The notes: generated from the sequence alone by a model not told the origin. 64,000 bases of DNA from an uncultured virus (IMG/VR IMGVR_UViG_3300029319_000009) (IMGVR_UViG_3300029319_000009); one strand, 5' to 3'. Positions 43,577 to 54,821 are shown, counted from the stretch's first letter. A program made the numbers and translations.

Positions 43577-45999
43577 TGACGCAACCTAAAGCATTTGCTA
43601 CAAAAAAGTCAAAAGCGACTAATGTCAATATTTATCAAGCTGATATTGAAGACATTGTTCTTAGACTTGCAAATAAAGAACTAGAGCGCAAAGCTAACTC
43701 TGGCAAGACAGAGTTCACAGCTATTGTTATAAAAGTATTATCACCAAGCAATGTTACAGAATCAGACAGGCAGATTCTAACAGACCTCTTCTTGAATGAA
43801 GAGTATGCGATTGATAGAGAAGATAACCTCACTTACTTTTCAAACAGTAACAAAAAAATAGCCTTTTTGCACATTCCTGCACTATTTTCTTATACAACTT
43901 TTTACACTAAGGCAGATTCAAAGAAGTCGGATGTAACAACATCAGACCTTTTCTTATTTCCTGTTGTAACAGGACTAGATTTAAGCCCGCAACAACAGGT
44001 AAAAGTTACTTTTGGCGACTTGGAAGATTTTAAAGAATTAAGAATCATTCCACCACCAGCATCCGATAAAAAGAAACAGTCTAAAAAAGATAAAGATGGC
44101 GCAAGAGGAACAGTAAATAACTTAGTTGTTCTCATGAAAGCTAGAGAAGCCTGTACAAAACTTCAAAACACCCCGCCATCAGGGTCTAAAATAAGCTCTC
44201 AAAGTCTTGTCAATCCATCAAATCCGCTTGTAGGATACTCAGGGTTTTATGGGGATTACATTAAAGACATTCTAACTTCTGAAACCTTAAGAAGAAGAAC
44301 AATCTTAACTTTAGGAACTACCGAGGCTAAAACTAAATTATTTAAACCAGACGCACAAATCGTCCCTCTAACCAGTGACAATGTGGAGAACGCTTTGATT
44401 GCTGAATCAACTTATGCCACTTTTGGTGTTGAGTTTTTTGTTGGCAATGAGAAAATAAAACAGTTCATTGAAGCGAATGACACATCAACAACTTTTAAAA
44501 ATGTTGAAAGCTTCCCTATTCAAGTTGCCGATGCAGTCGATGCAGGAATAAAAGGAAGCTTTGATTTTAGTTCGCTGGGCTCTGCCGAGGAAGCGGCACG
44601 AAAGAGAGACAGGGCAATTTATTTAAGAGTTGTCCCACTCAATCCAGAGGGACAAAAGCCTGACTCTAAATTGAAAAGTCCAGATCAAATAAACGATGTG
44701 ATCGTTGATAATGTAAAAGACTACATCGCTGGGGTTACGAGAAACAAATACAACTACAGCTTTGATTCAAGTCAGAACATCTTTGCAATAGACATTTTCG
44801 GAAAGACGTCAGATGACCAGCTAATCGACGGAGATGTTGACTTGGCAATAGACTACTCTAAAGCTAAGAAAAGCACGTCACAGCCGCAGCCAGGGGTCTT
44901 ACAGCCTATTATTAGTTTCTTTCAACAACAACCTAAAAAGAATCCAACACCAACTGCGGCTGGTAAAGAATCGACAGCGACACCCAACCAGGAACTCAAT
45001 GCTTGTGGAGCATCAAATAGGTTAGTTAATGAGAATGCTTACTTTTCTTTAGAAGACGACAAAACAGTTAGTCAGACAAGCTATTCAAAAGACAACGCCC
45101 TTTTTACTAAATTTTATCAAGCTGCTAATCTTCTTGGAATCACTGATATATCCGAGGCAGCAATCAGATCTCAAGAGCCTTCCGAGGCTGATTTGAAAAA
45201 GTTTAGCAGCAAAGTTTTTAGTTATGAGGCAAAAGAAGAGGTTATTTCTGTTATAGAGGAAGGAAAAGAAGTAAAAAGTCAAAAGAAAAATAAAAAATTA
45301 TCTACTAATGGTGGTAATAAGGCAAACACTACTGGTGCCCTTAACATTGGAAGAGGCACAAATTTACAGCAAATACAAAAAAATACTCAAAATTTAATAA
45401 ACTTTGTTAAAAGCTTTCGTAAATTCATAGCTCAAAATGAAGGAGTCCCAGAAACAAGTGTTACCATTTTACCTTTAAGCACTTTTAGAAAATTTATTGA
45501 CGTAAAAAAGCTCCGTCAAGGAATTGACCAAAATAGTCGTCACTTCTTTAACAGGGCAATTGATTTTGTTGTTTACATAAATAATGATCCAAACTTTATA
45601 GGATTTAGCACCGATGGTTCTCCTACCATTCCTAAAAAAGATACTTTTGAGATCCCAAACTACATTGTTTATGCCTATCTATTAAAATTCATAAAACAAA
45701 ACGGTTCTAAATTTGGTCAATCTGGTATTGGCTTACTTGAGAGATCGCAAAAAAGAAAGACTGGGTACATCCATTATGAGATAATGAGCGATTATAGAGA
45801 GCCAGAAAGAGGTGTCCAGCGTGTGAAAAGAGAGAGAAGGTGGGTTTCACAACCACAAAATAATAATAAAGAGTCTGTTTACAAACAAGCATTTGACAAG
45901 AACAATAAGGATTCAATCATTATACAGTTTGTGGTTAAAAAATTAGAAACGCAGGTAGGCGCAAATCTGCCTGATAAGTTCACAAGGATTTTAAAGTAA
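43576..45999 (+). CDS. Putative baseplate hub protein with C-terminal peptidase M15-like peptidoglycan hydrolase
   Basis: STFR...NSRHFFNRAIDF...GIGL...YIHYE matches the M15 SxHxxxxAxD...HxD/E zinc pattern. It lies upstream of the spike-like and gp25 genes. Confidence 0.6.
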   Translation: MTQPKAFATKKSKATNVNIYQADIEDIVLRLANKELERKANSGKTEFTAIVIKVLSPSNVTESDRQILTDLFLNEEYAIDREDNLTYFSNSNKKIAFLHIPALFSYTTFYTKADSKKSDVTTSDLFLFPVVTGLDLSPQQQVKVTFGDLEDFKELRIIPPPASDKKKQSKKDKDGARGTVNNLVVLMKAREACTKLQNTPPSGSKISSQSLVNPSNPLVGYSGFYGDYIKDILTSETLRRRTILTLGTTEAKTKLFKPDAQIVPLTSDNVENALIAESTYATFGVEFFVGNEKIKQFIEANDTSTTFKNVESFPIQVADAVDAGIKGSFDFSSLGSAEEAARKRDRAIYLRVVPLNPEGQKPDSKLKSPDQINDVIVDNVKDYIAGVTRNKYNYSFDSSQNIFAIDIFGKTSDDQLIDGDVDLAIDYSKAKKSTSQPQPGVLQPIISFFQQQPKKNPTPTAAGKESTATPNQELNACGASNRLVNENAYFSLEDDKTVSQTSYSKDNALFTKFYQAANLLGITDISEAAIRSQEPSEADLKKFSSKVFSYEAKEEVISVIEEGKEVKSQKKNKKLSTNGGNKANTTGALNIGRGTNLQQIQKNTQNLINFVKSFRKFIAQNEGVPETSVTILPLSTFRKFIDVKKLRQGIDQNSRHFFNRAIDFVVYINNDPNFIGFSTDGSPTIPKKDTFEIPNYIVYAYLLKFIKQNGSKFGQSGIGLLERSQKRKTGYIHYEIMSDYREPERGVQRVKRERRWVSQPQNNNKESVYKQAFDKNNKDSIIIQFVVKKLETQVGANLPDKFTRILK

Positions 46000-46964
46000 T
46001 GGGAAAGATAAGAGTTCTACCAGACATTGTAAATAACGAAGCTCTTTCTTTTGCTAAGAGAGCAATTGCAGATCAGTCATTAAAGGAGTCTGGAGATAAG
46101 GAGAATGTCTCTGAAGCAGCACAATTTCCAGTCCCTGTTTATCAAGTAATTGACGGCATCAACCACATTATTCACTCTAATAAGCCAGCAGCGATTACAC
46201 TTGGTCACAACAAAGATTATCAAACTAAATCTCAAATTGCAATGGTCGCAGGCACACTAGGATCCCTTGTTGCTGAAAACGACCCTCAAACCAATAATCC
46301 AATTGAGGTCGCTCACCCAACACCAACAGATGCTGCCTCTGTAATTGTTTCAGAGATGGCAGACTTTGGCGATTACAATGGTCGCTCGGTTGTTACAGCA
46401 AAAGCTGATGTGGTTGGTCTGAGATCAGCAGAATTAATAGAATTGAGAACAGGCGGCATTCCTTATTTAGCCAATGGACACCAGACCACAAATAAGTATG
46501 GTGGCATTCATTTGATTGCAGGTAATAAAACAGAGGGTAAAGACTTTGATTTGCAGCCGATGGTTAAGGGTGAGAACTTGCAAGAAATGATGGAAGACGT
46601 TATTGAATACATTCAAGGGATAATAAGTCAAATAAAACTTATGAATAAAGACATAACTGCTTTAAAAACTGGCTTGGCTAAGCACAATCATGCCGTTGCC
46701 ATACCGTTTACCTCTACAGGCGTGGCAAGAGACCCTCTTACACAAGCTATAATTGGCGTTACAGACAATCTTGGTATAGTTATCGGAACAACAGAGGTTT
46801 CACCAACATTAGTTACGTCATTGCCAGCAACCATTACTAAAATTAATGCACCAGTTTTTGCTAGCCTTGCATCAATTGATAACAATTTCAGTGTTATTAG
46901 ATACAACTATTTAGAACAGTTCTCTCCTCTACCAATTAAAAGTAGATTCAACAAGGTAAACTAG
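45999..46964 (+). CDS. Putative baseplate central spike (gp5 C-terminal/gpV-like)
   Basis: Short beta-repeats (VVTAKADVVGLRSAELIELRT), QPMVKGENL, a coiled coil and an HNH (HxH) apex motif. Confidence 0.55.
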   Translation: MGKIRVLPDIVNNEALSFAKRAIADQSLKESGDKENVSEAAQFPVPVYQVIDGINHIIHSNKPAAITLGHNKDYQTKSQIAMVAGTLGSLVAENDPQTNNPIEVAHPTPTDAASVIVSEMADFGDYNGRSVVTAKADVVGLRSAELIELRTGGIPYLANGHQTTNKYGGIHLIAGNKTEGKDFDLQPMVKGENLQEMMEDVIEYIQGIISQIKLMNKDITALKTGLAKHNHAVAIPFTSTGVARDPLTQAIIGVTDNLGIVIGTTEVSPTLVTSLPATITKINAPVFASLASIDNNFSVIRYNYLEQFSPLPIKSRFNKVN

Positions 46965-49900
46965 ATGAGTTTAAATAAAGAAATTTATAAAATCTCTAAA
47001 GACTTTTTTAAGCAAAAGCTTACTACAGCCTTTGATTCAACAGGTCAATCACAGAATATTAATGATGATCAAAACTTATTTGCTATTAACTGTGTTCGTT
47101 ATCTACTAAATGATGAATTAACTTTTATTGATCCGATTGAAAAAGAGGCTGATTTTAAAAATTTTGCAAAGTTTCTCAGATTAAATGATTTTCAAGCCAA
47201 TGGTAAGCCATTAAATACTGGCACTGGATTTGAAATAGCGAACAATCTTATTTATCGCTTAGCAATAAAATTTTTAAAAACCAAGAATGAGAATCTTGAA
47301 GAGATAGAAAGCAAGATCACCCTGGTAAATAAAGCATTTTCATACCCAGATTTTGAAGGAGAATTTCTTTTAAATGTGTTTATGGACGAGCCAGAAACAT
47401 ATCAGTGTATAACAAAACAAGCTTTTTACAAATGGCACTATTCAACATATGTTGACACAACACCAGTTCAGCAAAAAATTCCACAAGAGAGTTTTTTAAA
47501 CTTTTCATCATTAGGTTGGACAAATGTTGAAGTGCCACTTTTAACCTCAAGAAGTAAAACCGCACCTGTCAATTCTGTTTTCTATGTGTCTCAAAATGGC
47601 TCACCATACAACACAGGCTTTCCAATTGTGTGTGCCGTATTTGAAGTTGGTGGCATTAAAAGCTTAGATCAATTTTTAGCATCTGATAGATTTGGTGAGA
47701 TTGAAAAAGGGCTTGAAGACCAAGTATCAAACATCTTTAATAGAGAAAAAGCTGATTTAGATGCTTTGACTAGAGTAGAAAAAATAACTCACAAAACTTT
47801 ATTGACAAATAAAAATGTTGTTTTTGAGGCAAGCACAACAAAGGCAGGTAAGCCATTAGTTCGTTTTTGTCTAGCTTATGATTATCAGAAACTTGTATTG
47901 TTGAAATCAAAGGGTGGTACAAAACAAAGCTTTTATGGCAAAGTTAAATTAGCTTTGTCACAGAATAAAAGTTCTGTTATTTCTTTTAAATCAACACAAA
48001 ATTTAGACACAATTAGCATTATTAACTCGCAAGTTCAACAACTATCAAATTCTTTGACAAAAAGAAACGAAGCGGTCCAAAAGGGTCCAGCTTTATTTTT
48101 TGACTTAAGCGATCCTAGCATTAACGCTGTAAAAGAGTCGTTTAAAAAGCAGGGGATTGACGAACAGACATCTAACGCTCTCCTTAATAGACAATATTCT
48201 TTAAACTTAGGAACCTTATCATTAGCTTTAACAAGAGAATACTCATTTTTAACTGAGAGATATTTAACTGAAAGAAATTCAAGCGACTTGTTTAAAAACT
48301 TTGATCCTAATAAAATTTCTGAAGACATTACTTTTTACTATGACAGTTCTTATCGTCTTCTCGCAGTAGTTGGTGAAAACAAAACAATAGAGTTCAACAC
48401 GCAGCTAGCTGAAGAAGCCCCAGCGCAAAAGAACCTGATCCCATTTGAATTTGAAGAGGGACAGCCTTTATCTAATTTAGATCCTCTATTTTCATTAGTG
48501 CCAAAAACAGTAGATGACCAAGATGCCCTTTCAAATCTCAGTGGAATCAATGGTCAGATCGCTTTTATTACAGAGGACTTTGTAGACATTGTTTCGAAAC
48601 AGAAAGAGTTTGAAACAGTTGATTTTGATGGTAAGAGCATTGTTTTAAGCAATCAGCATTATCAACAGACAATTCTGAAAGTTCCAACAGACCCATTATC
48701 AGTCATTGTTACTTCCATCAACGGATTCTTTTACAACAGCAATGAAATACTTTTATCTGACCGTCAAACATCGGTTGGATCGCCAATTGGCATACAAGAT
48801 GTTTTAGGACCCACAGCAACTAGTGTAATTGAATTTTTTGAAGGAAATGCCACACCTGATTCACTTGGCTTAATCAACAATCAAGACATTTCTAAATTTT
48901 TGTTAAGATATCATTATCCTAGATTACAAGTTAGCCCCTCTGTTGTAAAAGAACCCGCGCAACAAATTTTAGGAGCAGTCATTGAAGGCACAAGAAGACT
49001 CGCTCAAGTAACTAAAACAGCAATAGACCAAGGGTTTGCAAACCAGGGCTTGGTAGATGTTAAAGAAGAAGAGAAGCTGCTATTACAGAAAATAAAACAA
49101 GTACCAAAAAATTCACCATTTTCTTCTAAAGAGAAGTTTTTGGAAGAATCTAAGCGCCAATTATTGATTATTGCAGCAGCCTCCTCAAAAGATCCGTGCT
49201 TAAAAGATTTGGTAAGAACAATCTCTAGGGGTGGTCTTGATGCAATTTATGAATTCGTCCTAACAAAGTTTGATTGGGATCAGTTGATTGCAAGAATCTT
49301 ACTAAAAAATTTAGATGAGATAAACAAAATAGCTCAAACAGCAGGCGATATTAAAAATTTGACTGAGGCTGTCAATAATTGCTTGGACAGCCTTGGCATT
49401 GAAGACGTATTAGAGAACTTTACCAATCTACAAGAGGGGTACAAAAACTTTCAAAAATACACAGAATATGCAGTTAGGGAAGTTCCAGGGTTGAAAAATA
49501 AGATAGCGTACACAATTATCTTAGATTTTCAAGGAGCTTTTAGAAGACTGGCTTTAAATTTAGCTAGAAGAATTGCAGAAAAATCACTTGACATTATTTT
49601 AGGCTCTGTTTTAAATGACTTGACAGACGGCTTTTGTGAGCTTGACGATACAATTGAAAAATTAATTTTACAAAAACTGAACAACGGAGTGAATCTAAAC
49701 TTACTTGGTGCTCCTGACGTAGCAGGAAACTCAATTGGATCAAACAGTACTGATTTTCCTCAAATTATTGAAGAAAAATTTGATGTTGATATTGTAGAAA
49801 TAATCAATAATAGCAACATAGAGCCATTAGATAATGTTTTAAATGGAGCAGTTGAAATTTTTCCAATTTTAAACATTGAGTCAAAAAAATTAAACGACTC

Positions 49901-51233
49901 TACTGCAATTATTAGAGAGTATTTAGACTCATTGTCAAGAAACATAACCCCAAAACAGTTAAACTCGTTACTAGATGGAACACAAAATGATGATTTAATT
50001 AAATTAAATGAGATCGTTGTACAAGATTTGAACGTAATCAGTCTTGTAAAAGACGAACTATCTAGCCCCATCGCTCTTGCTGTTTTGTTTAAATATCTAG
50101 ATGATTTTATTAGCAGAAACATCTTAAATGAGTTGATTTTTGATAGTGTCAATCAATCAACAGACCCATGTTTCATAAAAATTAGTGTTGTCGATTCAGA
50201 ACAAAGACAAATTTTACGTGACTTTTTGAACACCTCAGTTAATCCAACCGAACCACTAAGCGATCAACTAAATGCGCTAACAAATTTTGTTAATGAGCTT
50301 TGTGCTACAATAGATAACGTAGTTAACCTTGGTAGACCAGGATCAATAGAGTCTCTATTGTCCGACTTTGATAAAAGCAGCCTTCTTGGCTTGGTTGACG
50401 CAAACATTCAAAACGCCACTGCGCTTCAAGATAGTGAGAAGAAAGAGGCTTTAGACTTAACATCAACAGTTTTGCAAGACTTTGATGATTATGTCAGCGG
50501 AATAAACACGCAAGAGCTTCAGTTTTTATTGCCAAATGTAAAAATTAAAAATAATCCAGCGCTCTCTGAAAAGCAAAAACAAATTTTATTAGATGCGCTT
50601 AAAGAACTCTCAACAGGCATTCCCGCAGATGTAATCACGGCATTTCAAAAGTTTGTAGAAGAGGACACGGGAACCACGCAATTTGGTTTTGGAACCGTTA
50701 AAGTAATCAAAAAACAGAACAGCTTTGTTATTGTAGTTGATGGGAAAGAGTTATTAGAGTTCAGCCCTCAAGCTTTCAATCCAGAAGAGATAATCGGGAA
50801 CCCAATTCAACTAAAACCGGTTTTTGGAGATCCAAACTCAGAGGGAGTCTTGGCTTACTACAGTTTAATTTTAAATAGAATGGCTACAAACGAATTAACA
50901 AAGGGTAAGACTGGCTACATAATTGAAAATTATAAACCTAGTAGTTTTAAAGCAGACGAAATAGCAGATAAGAACAGCTTTAAACCATTTGTTGATAACT
51001 TTTTTGATTACTTGTCAAATAAAATAACTGAGACAGTTGCAAACTTGCCATCTCAGGCTGAATCGTTTGAGATCGACAAGGTTCTTAACAGCGTCTTTGA
51101 AGAACAACAAGTTTTAGTAAAAAGATACGAAGATAGATTAATCCAGACCATTGATGAATCAGTCAGTGGCACAGAATTTTACATGAGCAATTTAGCAAAA
51201 ATGAAACAGTTAATTAAAAAGGCGAAGGGATAA
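46965..51233 (+). CDS. Large hypothetical protein, probable virion structural protein
   Basis: 1422 aa uninterrupted ORF within the baseplate cluster. No motif recognised. Confidence 0.6.
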   Translation: MSLNKEIYKISKDFFKQKLTTAFDSTGQSQNINDDQNLFAINCVRYLLNDELTFIDPIEKEADFKNFAKFLRLNDFQANGKPLNTGTGFEIANNLIYRLAIKFLKTKNENLEEIESKITLVNKAFSYPDFEGEFLLNVFMDEPETYQCITKQAFYKWHYSTYVDTTPVQQKIPQESFLNFSSLGWTNVEVPLLTSRSKTAPVNSVFYVSQNGSPYNTGFPIVCAVFEVGGIKSLDQFLASDRFGEIEKGLEDQVSNIFNREKADLDALTRVEKITHKTLLTNKNVVFEASTTKAGKPLVRFCLAYDYQKLVLLKSKGGTKQSFYGKVKLALSQNKSSVISFKSTQNLDTISIINSQVQQLSNSLTKRNEAVQKGPALFFDLSDPSINAVKESFKKQGIDEQTSNALLNRQYSLNLGTLSLALTREYSFLTERYLTERNSSDLFKNFDPNKISEDITFYYDSSYRLLAVVGENKTIEFNTQLAEEAPAQKNLIPFEFEEGQPLSNLDPLFSLVPKTVDDQDALSNLSGINGQIAFITEDFVDIVSKQKEFETVDFDGKSIVLSNQHYQQTILKVPTDPLSVIVTSINGFFYNSNEILLSDRQTSVGSPIGIQDVLGPTATSVIEFFEGNATPDSLGLINNQDISKFLLRYHYPRLQVSPSVVKEPAQQILGAVIEGTRRLAQVTKTAIDQGFANQGLVDVKEEEKLLLQKIKQVPKNSPFSSKEKFLEESKRQLLIIAAASSKDPCLKDLVRTISRGGLDAIYEFVLTKFDWDQLIARILLKNLDEINKIAQTAGDIKNLTEAVNNCLDSLGIEDVLENFTNLQEGYKNFQKYTEYAVREVPGLKNKIAYTIILDFQGAFRRLALNLARRIAEKSLDIILGSVLNDLTDGFCELDDTIEKLILQKLNNGVNLNLLGAPDVAGNSIGSNSTDFPQIIEEKFDVDIVEIINNSNIEPLDNVLNGAVEIFPILNIESKKLNDSTAIIREYLDSLSRNITPKQLNSLLDGTQNDDLIKLNEIVVQDLNVISLVKDELSSPIALAVLFKYLDDFISRNILNELIFDSVNQSTDPCFIKISVVDSEQRQILRDFLNTSVNPTEPLSDQLNALTNFVNELCATIDNVVNLGRPGSIESLLSDFDKSSLLGLVDANIQNATALQDSEKKEALDLTSTVLQDFDDYVSGINTQELQFLLPNVKIKNNPALSEKQKQILLDALKELSTGIPADVITAFQKFVEEDTGTTQFGFGTVKVIKKQNSFVIVVDGKELLEFSPQAFNPEEIIGNPIQLKPVFGDPNSEGVLAYYSLILNRMATNELTKGKTGYIIENYKPSSFKADEIADKNSFKPFVDNFFDYLSNKITETVANLPSQAESFEIDKVLNSVFEEQQVLVKRYEDRLIQTIDESVSGTEFYMSNLAKMKQLIKKAKG

Positions 51234-51234
51234 A

Positions 51235-52635
51235 ATGTTAGGATTTAGTCAATACTCTCAAGTTAGTTACGTTGCAATAATTGAGCAGAAAATTAGGGTC
51301 TTTCTCCTATCTGTTTTTACTGTCAGTCCAAGATTAGCAGGTCTAATGCAAGGTGCTCTAAGCAGTTCTGGAACTTTGCAGTCGGCTGTTGTTGATTCTC
51401 TTTTCGCCCTGTTTGTTCAGACCTTAAAAGATAAAAATCTCTATGAAGAATACTTAATCCCCTCTGCCTTTATTGAGGAAATCAATTATGATTTTGTTAC
51501 GAATGAAGATTCTAGATCGTTAGAAATAGCAGAAAAAAATTTTAAAGACACCTTTTTTAGAGTTTTAAAAGAGACACTAAACGCAACAGAAATACAGGCA
51601 GTGGAGCAAGATACAAGTCCCTCTAGTGCTTTTTTGACTGCATTATTTATCGCGAGCAAGGTAAGAAGAATTCCAAGTTATGACGGAGATGGTTTATTTT
51701 TAAAACCATCCGACAATGAATTGTCTAGTCCAGTGACTTCATTATTTGATGGCGATGTTGAGTTTGATAAAAACGTTTTCTATCTTGAAACTTTTTACAG
51801 AGTCAAAGACGATGTGGCTATAAACCTAACAGAAGAAGAGGTAAAGCAAGCTCAATTTATGTCAACAGTTGAAGCGGCACAATTTAACAATAAAAAACTG
51901 AGTGGTCCTCTTAATCAAAATTTTGTAAGGGGAATTAGATTAATGATGAACTTGACAAGCTTGGTGTCAATTCTTGGTCCAGTGCCACAAGTCTCCCTCA
52001 GTTCAAATTTACCAGCGTTTAATAAAGAGTCTTTGCAAAATTTGCCTTTTTTGAACACAAACTTTATTAATTATTTGGGAAACACCGTCAACTTTAAGAG
52101 TGTTGGGAGAAACTACTACAGCATTCCAAAAAGTGGATATGTCTTTGATGTTTCTACTATCCCAGGCGCTAGTGGCACCCCAGGACAAAAGATAGTCACC
52201 GCAGATCAAGTAACTACTCGAATCAAGCAAGCTTTCACCGCTATTAGAGACGGCAGCATCGATGCTAGTGTTTTTGTTACAGATGGTAGTGATGACCCTG
52301 TGTCATTTAGGGCTTCTAAGGCTCTTGTTATTGCCGAGGAGACTTCACAAAGTTATAATGTTTACTTCCCTATTTCAATGTCTGAATTTGTCTCACAGAA
52401 CTTTAATCCTACTGACGTTGAACTAGCTAACGGATTGGCATCAACAACAACTTTTAATGAGTTTTTTGTTACTACAAATACTTTAGAAATAATTCAAATA
52501 ATCACAACACTGGTAAGATTTTTCTCTATTAATCCAATTGAATTCTTTGATGCTGCTGAGAATAGCGCCATTAAAAGTCAAAACGAGGCGTTGGATAATA
52601 TGATCATCAACCTAATTAATTTTGACGAGGTTTAA
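51235..52635 (+). CDS. Hypothetical protein, probable virion structural protein
   Basis: 466 aa ORF between the 1422 aa gene and the gp25-like gene. Confidence 0.6.
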   Translation: MLGFSQYSQVSYVAIIEQKIRVFLLSVFTVSPRLAGLMQGALSSSGTLQSAVVDSLFALFVQTLKDKNLYEEYLIPSAFIEEINYDFVTNEDSRSLEIAEKNFKDTFFRVLKETLNATEIQAVEQDTSPSSAFLTALFIASKVRRIPSYDGDGLFLKPSDNELSSPVTSLFDGDVEFDKNVFYLETFYRVKDDVAINLTEEEVKQAQFMSTVEAAQFNNKKLSGPLNQNFVRGIRLMMNLTSLVSILGPVPQVSLSSNLPAFNKESLQNLPFLNTNFINYLGNTVNFKSVGRNYYSIPKSGYVFDVSTIPGASGTPGQKIVTADQVTTRIKQAFTAIRDGSIDASVFVTDGSDDPVSFRASKALVIAEETSQSYNVYFPISMSEFVSQNFNPTDVELANGLASTTTFNEFFVTTNTLEIIQIITTLVRFFSINPIEFFDAAENSAIKSQNEALDNMIINLINFDEV

Positions 52636-52641
52636 CAATTA

Positions 52642-53031
52642 ATGGCTGTAGGAATTTCAGTAAAACTACCACTTCAAGTAACGGGAGAAGACGGACCTTA
52701 CGCTCTCCACAAAGATTTAATCGGAGTGGTTAAGCAGAATTTTAAGAATTTAGTCCTTACTTCACCCGGTGAAAGAATCATGGATCCAAACTTTGGTGTC
52801 GGAGCTTTTGGTCTTTTATTTGAAAATTATAACGGAGATATAAAAGGCAGATTTAAAGCCAAAGTTATTGAACAAGCTAAATCTTACATGCCTTTTATTA
52901 AGGTAAGATCAGTTAGGTTTGATGATAGTGAAATTGACTCAAACTTAATAAGAATAGCTATCAACTATTATGTTACACCACTTAACTTTAACGACACAAT
53001 TCTATTAAACCTTAACGGAGATGGCAGATAA
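52642..53031 (+). CDS. Baseplate wedge/sheath initiator, T4 gp25/GPW-like
   Basis: KQNFKNLVLTSPGERIMDPNFGVG...LLFE...YMPFI. Confidence 0.92.
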   Translation: MAVGISVKLPLQVTGEDGPYALHKDLIGVVKQNFKNLVLTSPGERIMDPNFGVGAFGLLFENYNGDIKGRFKAKVIEQAKSYMPFIKVRSVRFDDSEIDSNLIRIAINYYVTPLNFNDTILLNLNGDGR

Positions 53032-54821
53032 TGGCTTCACCAAAACCACCAATTAGCTACACAAGTAGAGATTTTAACTCTATTAAGAACGACTTAATCA
53101 ATTACGCTAAAATCTATTACCCAAACACCTACAAAGACTTCAATGATGCTTCTTTTGGAGCAATGATGATTGACATGATCGCTTATGTTGGCGACATCAT
53201 GTCTTTCTACGTTGACTATCAAACAAATGAGACGTTGATGGACACCGCTATCTTAGAAGAGAGCGTAATTAGAATCGCAAAACAACTCGGTTACAAATTT
53301 AATGCCACTCCATCTTCAACTGGTCAAGCTGCATTTTACGTTTCAGTTCCAGCAAACGACGCCGGTACTGGACCAGACACAGACTTAGTTCCAATTCTAA
53401 AAGCAGGAACTTTACTAGGATCTGACAATGGCGCATCTTTCACACTAGCTGACGATGTTGACTTTACAAATGCAAATACGGAAGTAAAAGTAGCTGAAGT
53501 TAACGCTAGTGGTACACCAACAAAATTTGCTTACAAGGCTTATGGGACAATTGTTTCAGGCGAGTTAACTCAACAAACTGTAAATGTTGGTGAGTTTGAA
53601 AGATTTTTAAGAATTCCGCTTGATGATGAAAATGTTAGTGAAGTCGTGAGTGTTATTGATGCAGACGGCAATGAGTACTTCCAAGTTGATTATCTATCGC
53701 AAAACACAGTGTTCAGATCAATCCGCAACATTGGAACAGATTCAGAAACAGTTCCTTACATTGTTAGAAACATGTATGTTCCAAGAAGATTTGTTGTTGA
53801 AAACACAGTGGACAATGAAACATTCTTACAGTTTGGTTTTGGTTCAGAGACTGAGATTGAGAATAAGTCATTCCCAGACCCAACTGCCGCTGCACTAGAG
53901 TTGAATGGCCGACAATTCTTCTCTGATAGTTCCTTTGATCCATCGCAGATTTTAAAGACTGAGAAGTTGGGCATCGTTCCAGTCAACACAACTCTAACAA
54001 TCACCTACAGAAAGAACAGTGTAAGCTCCGTAAACGCCGCTGTAGGCGCAGTAAACAGTGTAGTCGATGCCCAAGTCGAATTTAGACAAAGCAGCATTGC
54101 TAACGCAACAGCACTCCAACAAATCTCTGCTTTTGAAGTTGAGAATGAAGAGCCAATCGTAGGAAGCGTAACAGCACCAACAGCAGACGAGATTAAAGTT
54201 AGGGCTATTGACAACTACGCTGCACAAAATAGAGCCGTGACAAAGCAAGATTACTTAGCTATTCTTTACAGAATGCCGGCTAAGTTTGGTGCTGTAAAAA
54301 GAGCAAACATAATTCAAGACACAAACAGCGTAAAAAGAAATTTAAATCTTTATGTGATTGCAGAAGACTCCGATGGCGATCTCACAGCCGCATCTAACAC
54401 TCTAAAGGAAAATGTAAAAGTGTGGCTAAACCAGTACAAAATGATTAATGATACAGTAGACATTCTTGATGCTAGCGTTGTTAATATTGGAATCAATTTT
54501 GAGATTATTGGAGAGCTTGAAAAAGATTTTACAATTATCTTAAATGATGCAATAGAAGAATTGAAAGCACAATATCAAACAAAGTTTGAATTGGGTCAGC
54601 CATTCTACATTTCCGATGTCTTTACAACTCTTAATGATGTTGACGGAGTTGTAGACACAAAGAGTGTTGAGATTGTTAGAAAATCTGGGACTGGCTACAG
54701 TGCTACTCAGTTTGATATTCCATCTAACACCACGGCAGACGGAAGACTAATTAGAGTACCAGAAAACATCATCTTAGAAATTAAAGATTTTGATGCCGAC
54801 ATTAGCGGAGTGATTAGATAA
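53031..54821 (+). CDS. Baseplate wedge subunit, T4 gp6/baseplate J-like
   Basis: YTSRDFNSIKNDL, AYVGDIMSFYVD, AKQLGYK, LQFGFG and AQNRAVTKQDY. Confidence 0.88.
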   Translation: MASPKPPISYTSRDFNSIKNDLINYAKIYYPNTYKDFNDASFGAMMIDMIAYVGDIMSFYVDYQTNETLMDTAILEESVIRIAKQLGYKFNATPSSTGQAAFYVSVPANDAGTGPDTDLVPILKAGTLLGSDNGASFTLADDVDFTNANTEVKVAEVNASGTPTKFAYKAYGTIVSGELTQQTVNVGEFERFLRIPLDDENVSEVVSVIDADGNEYFQVDYLSQNTVFRSIRNIGTDSETVPYIVRNMYVPRRFVVENTVDNETFLQFGFGSETEIENKSFPDPTAAALELNGRQFFSDSSFDPSQILKTEKLGIVPVNTTLTITYRKNSVSSVNAAVGAVNSVVDAQVEFRQSSIANATALQQISAFEVENEEPIVGSVTAPTADEIKVRAIDNYAAQNRAVTKQDYLAILYRMPAKFGAVKRANIIQDTNSVKRNLNLYVIAEDSDGDLTAASNTLKENVKVWLNQYKMINDTVDILDASVVNIGINFEIIGELEKDFTIILNDAIEELKAQYQTKFELGQPFYISDVFTTLNDVDGVVDTKSVEIVRKSGTGYSATQFDIPSNTTADGRLIRVPENIILEIKDFDADISGVIR

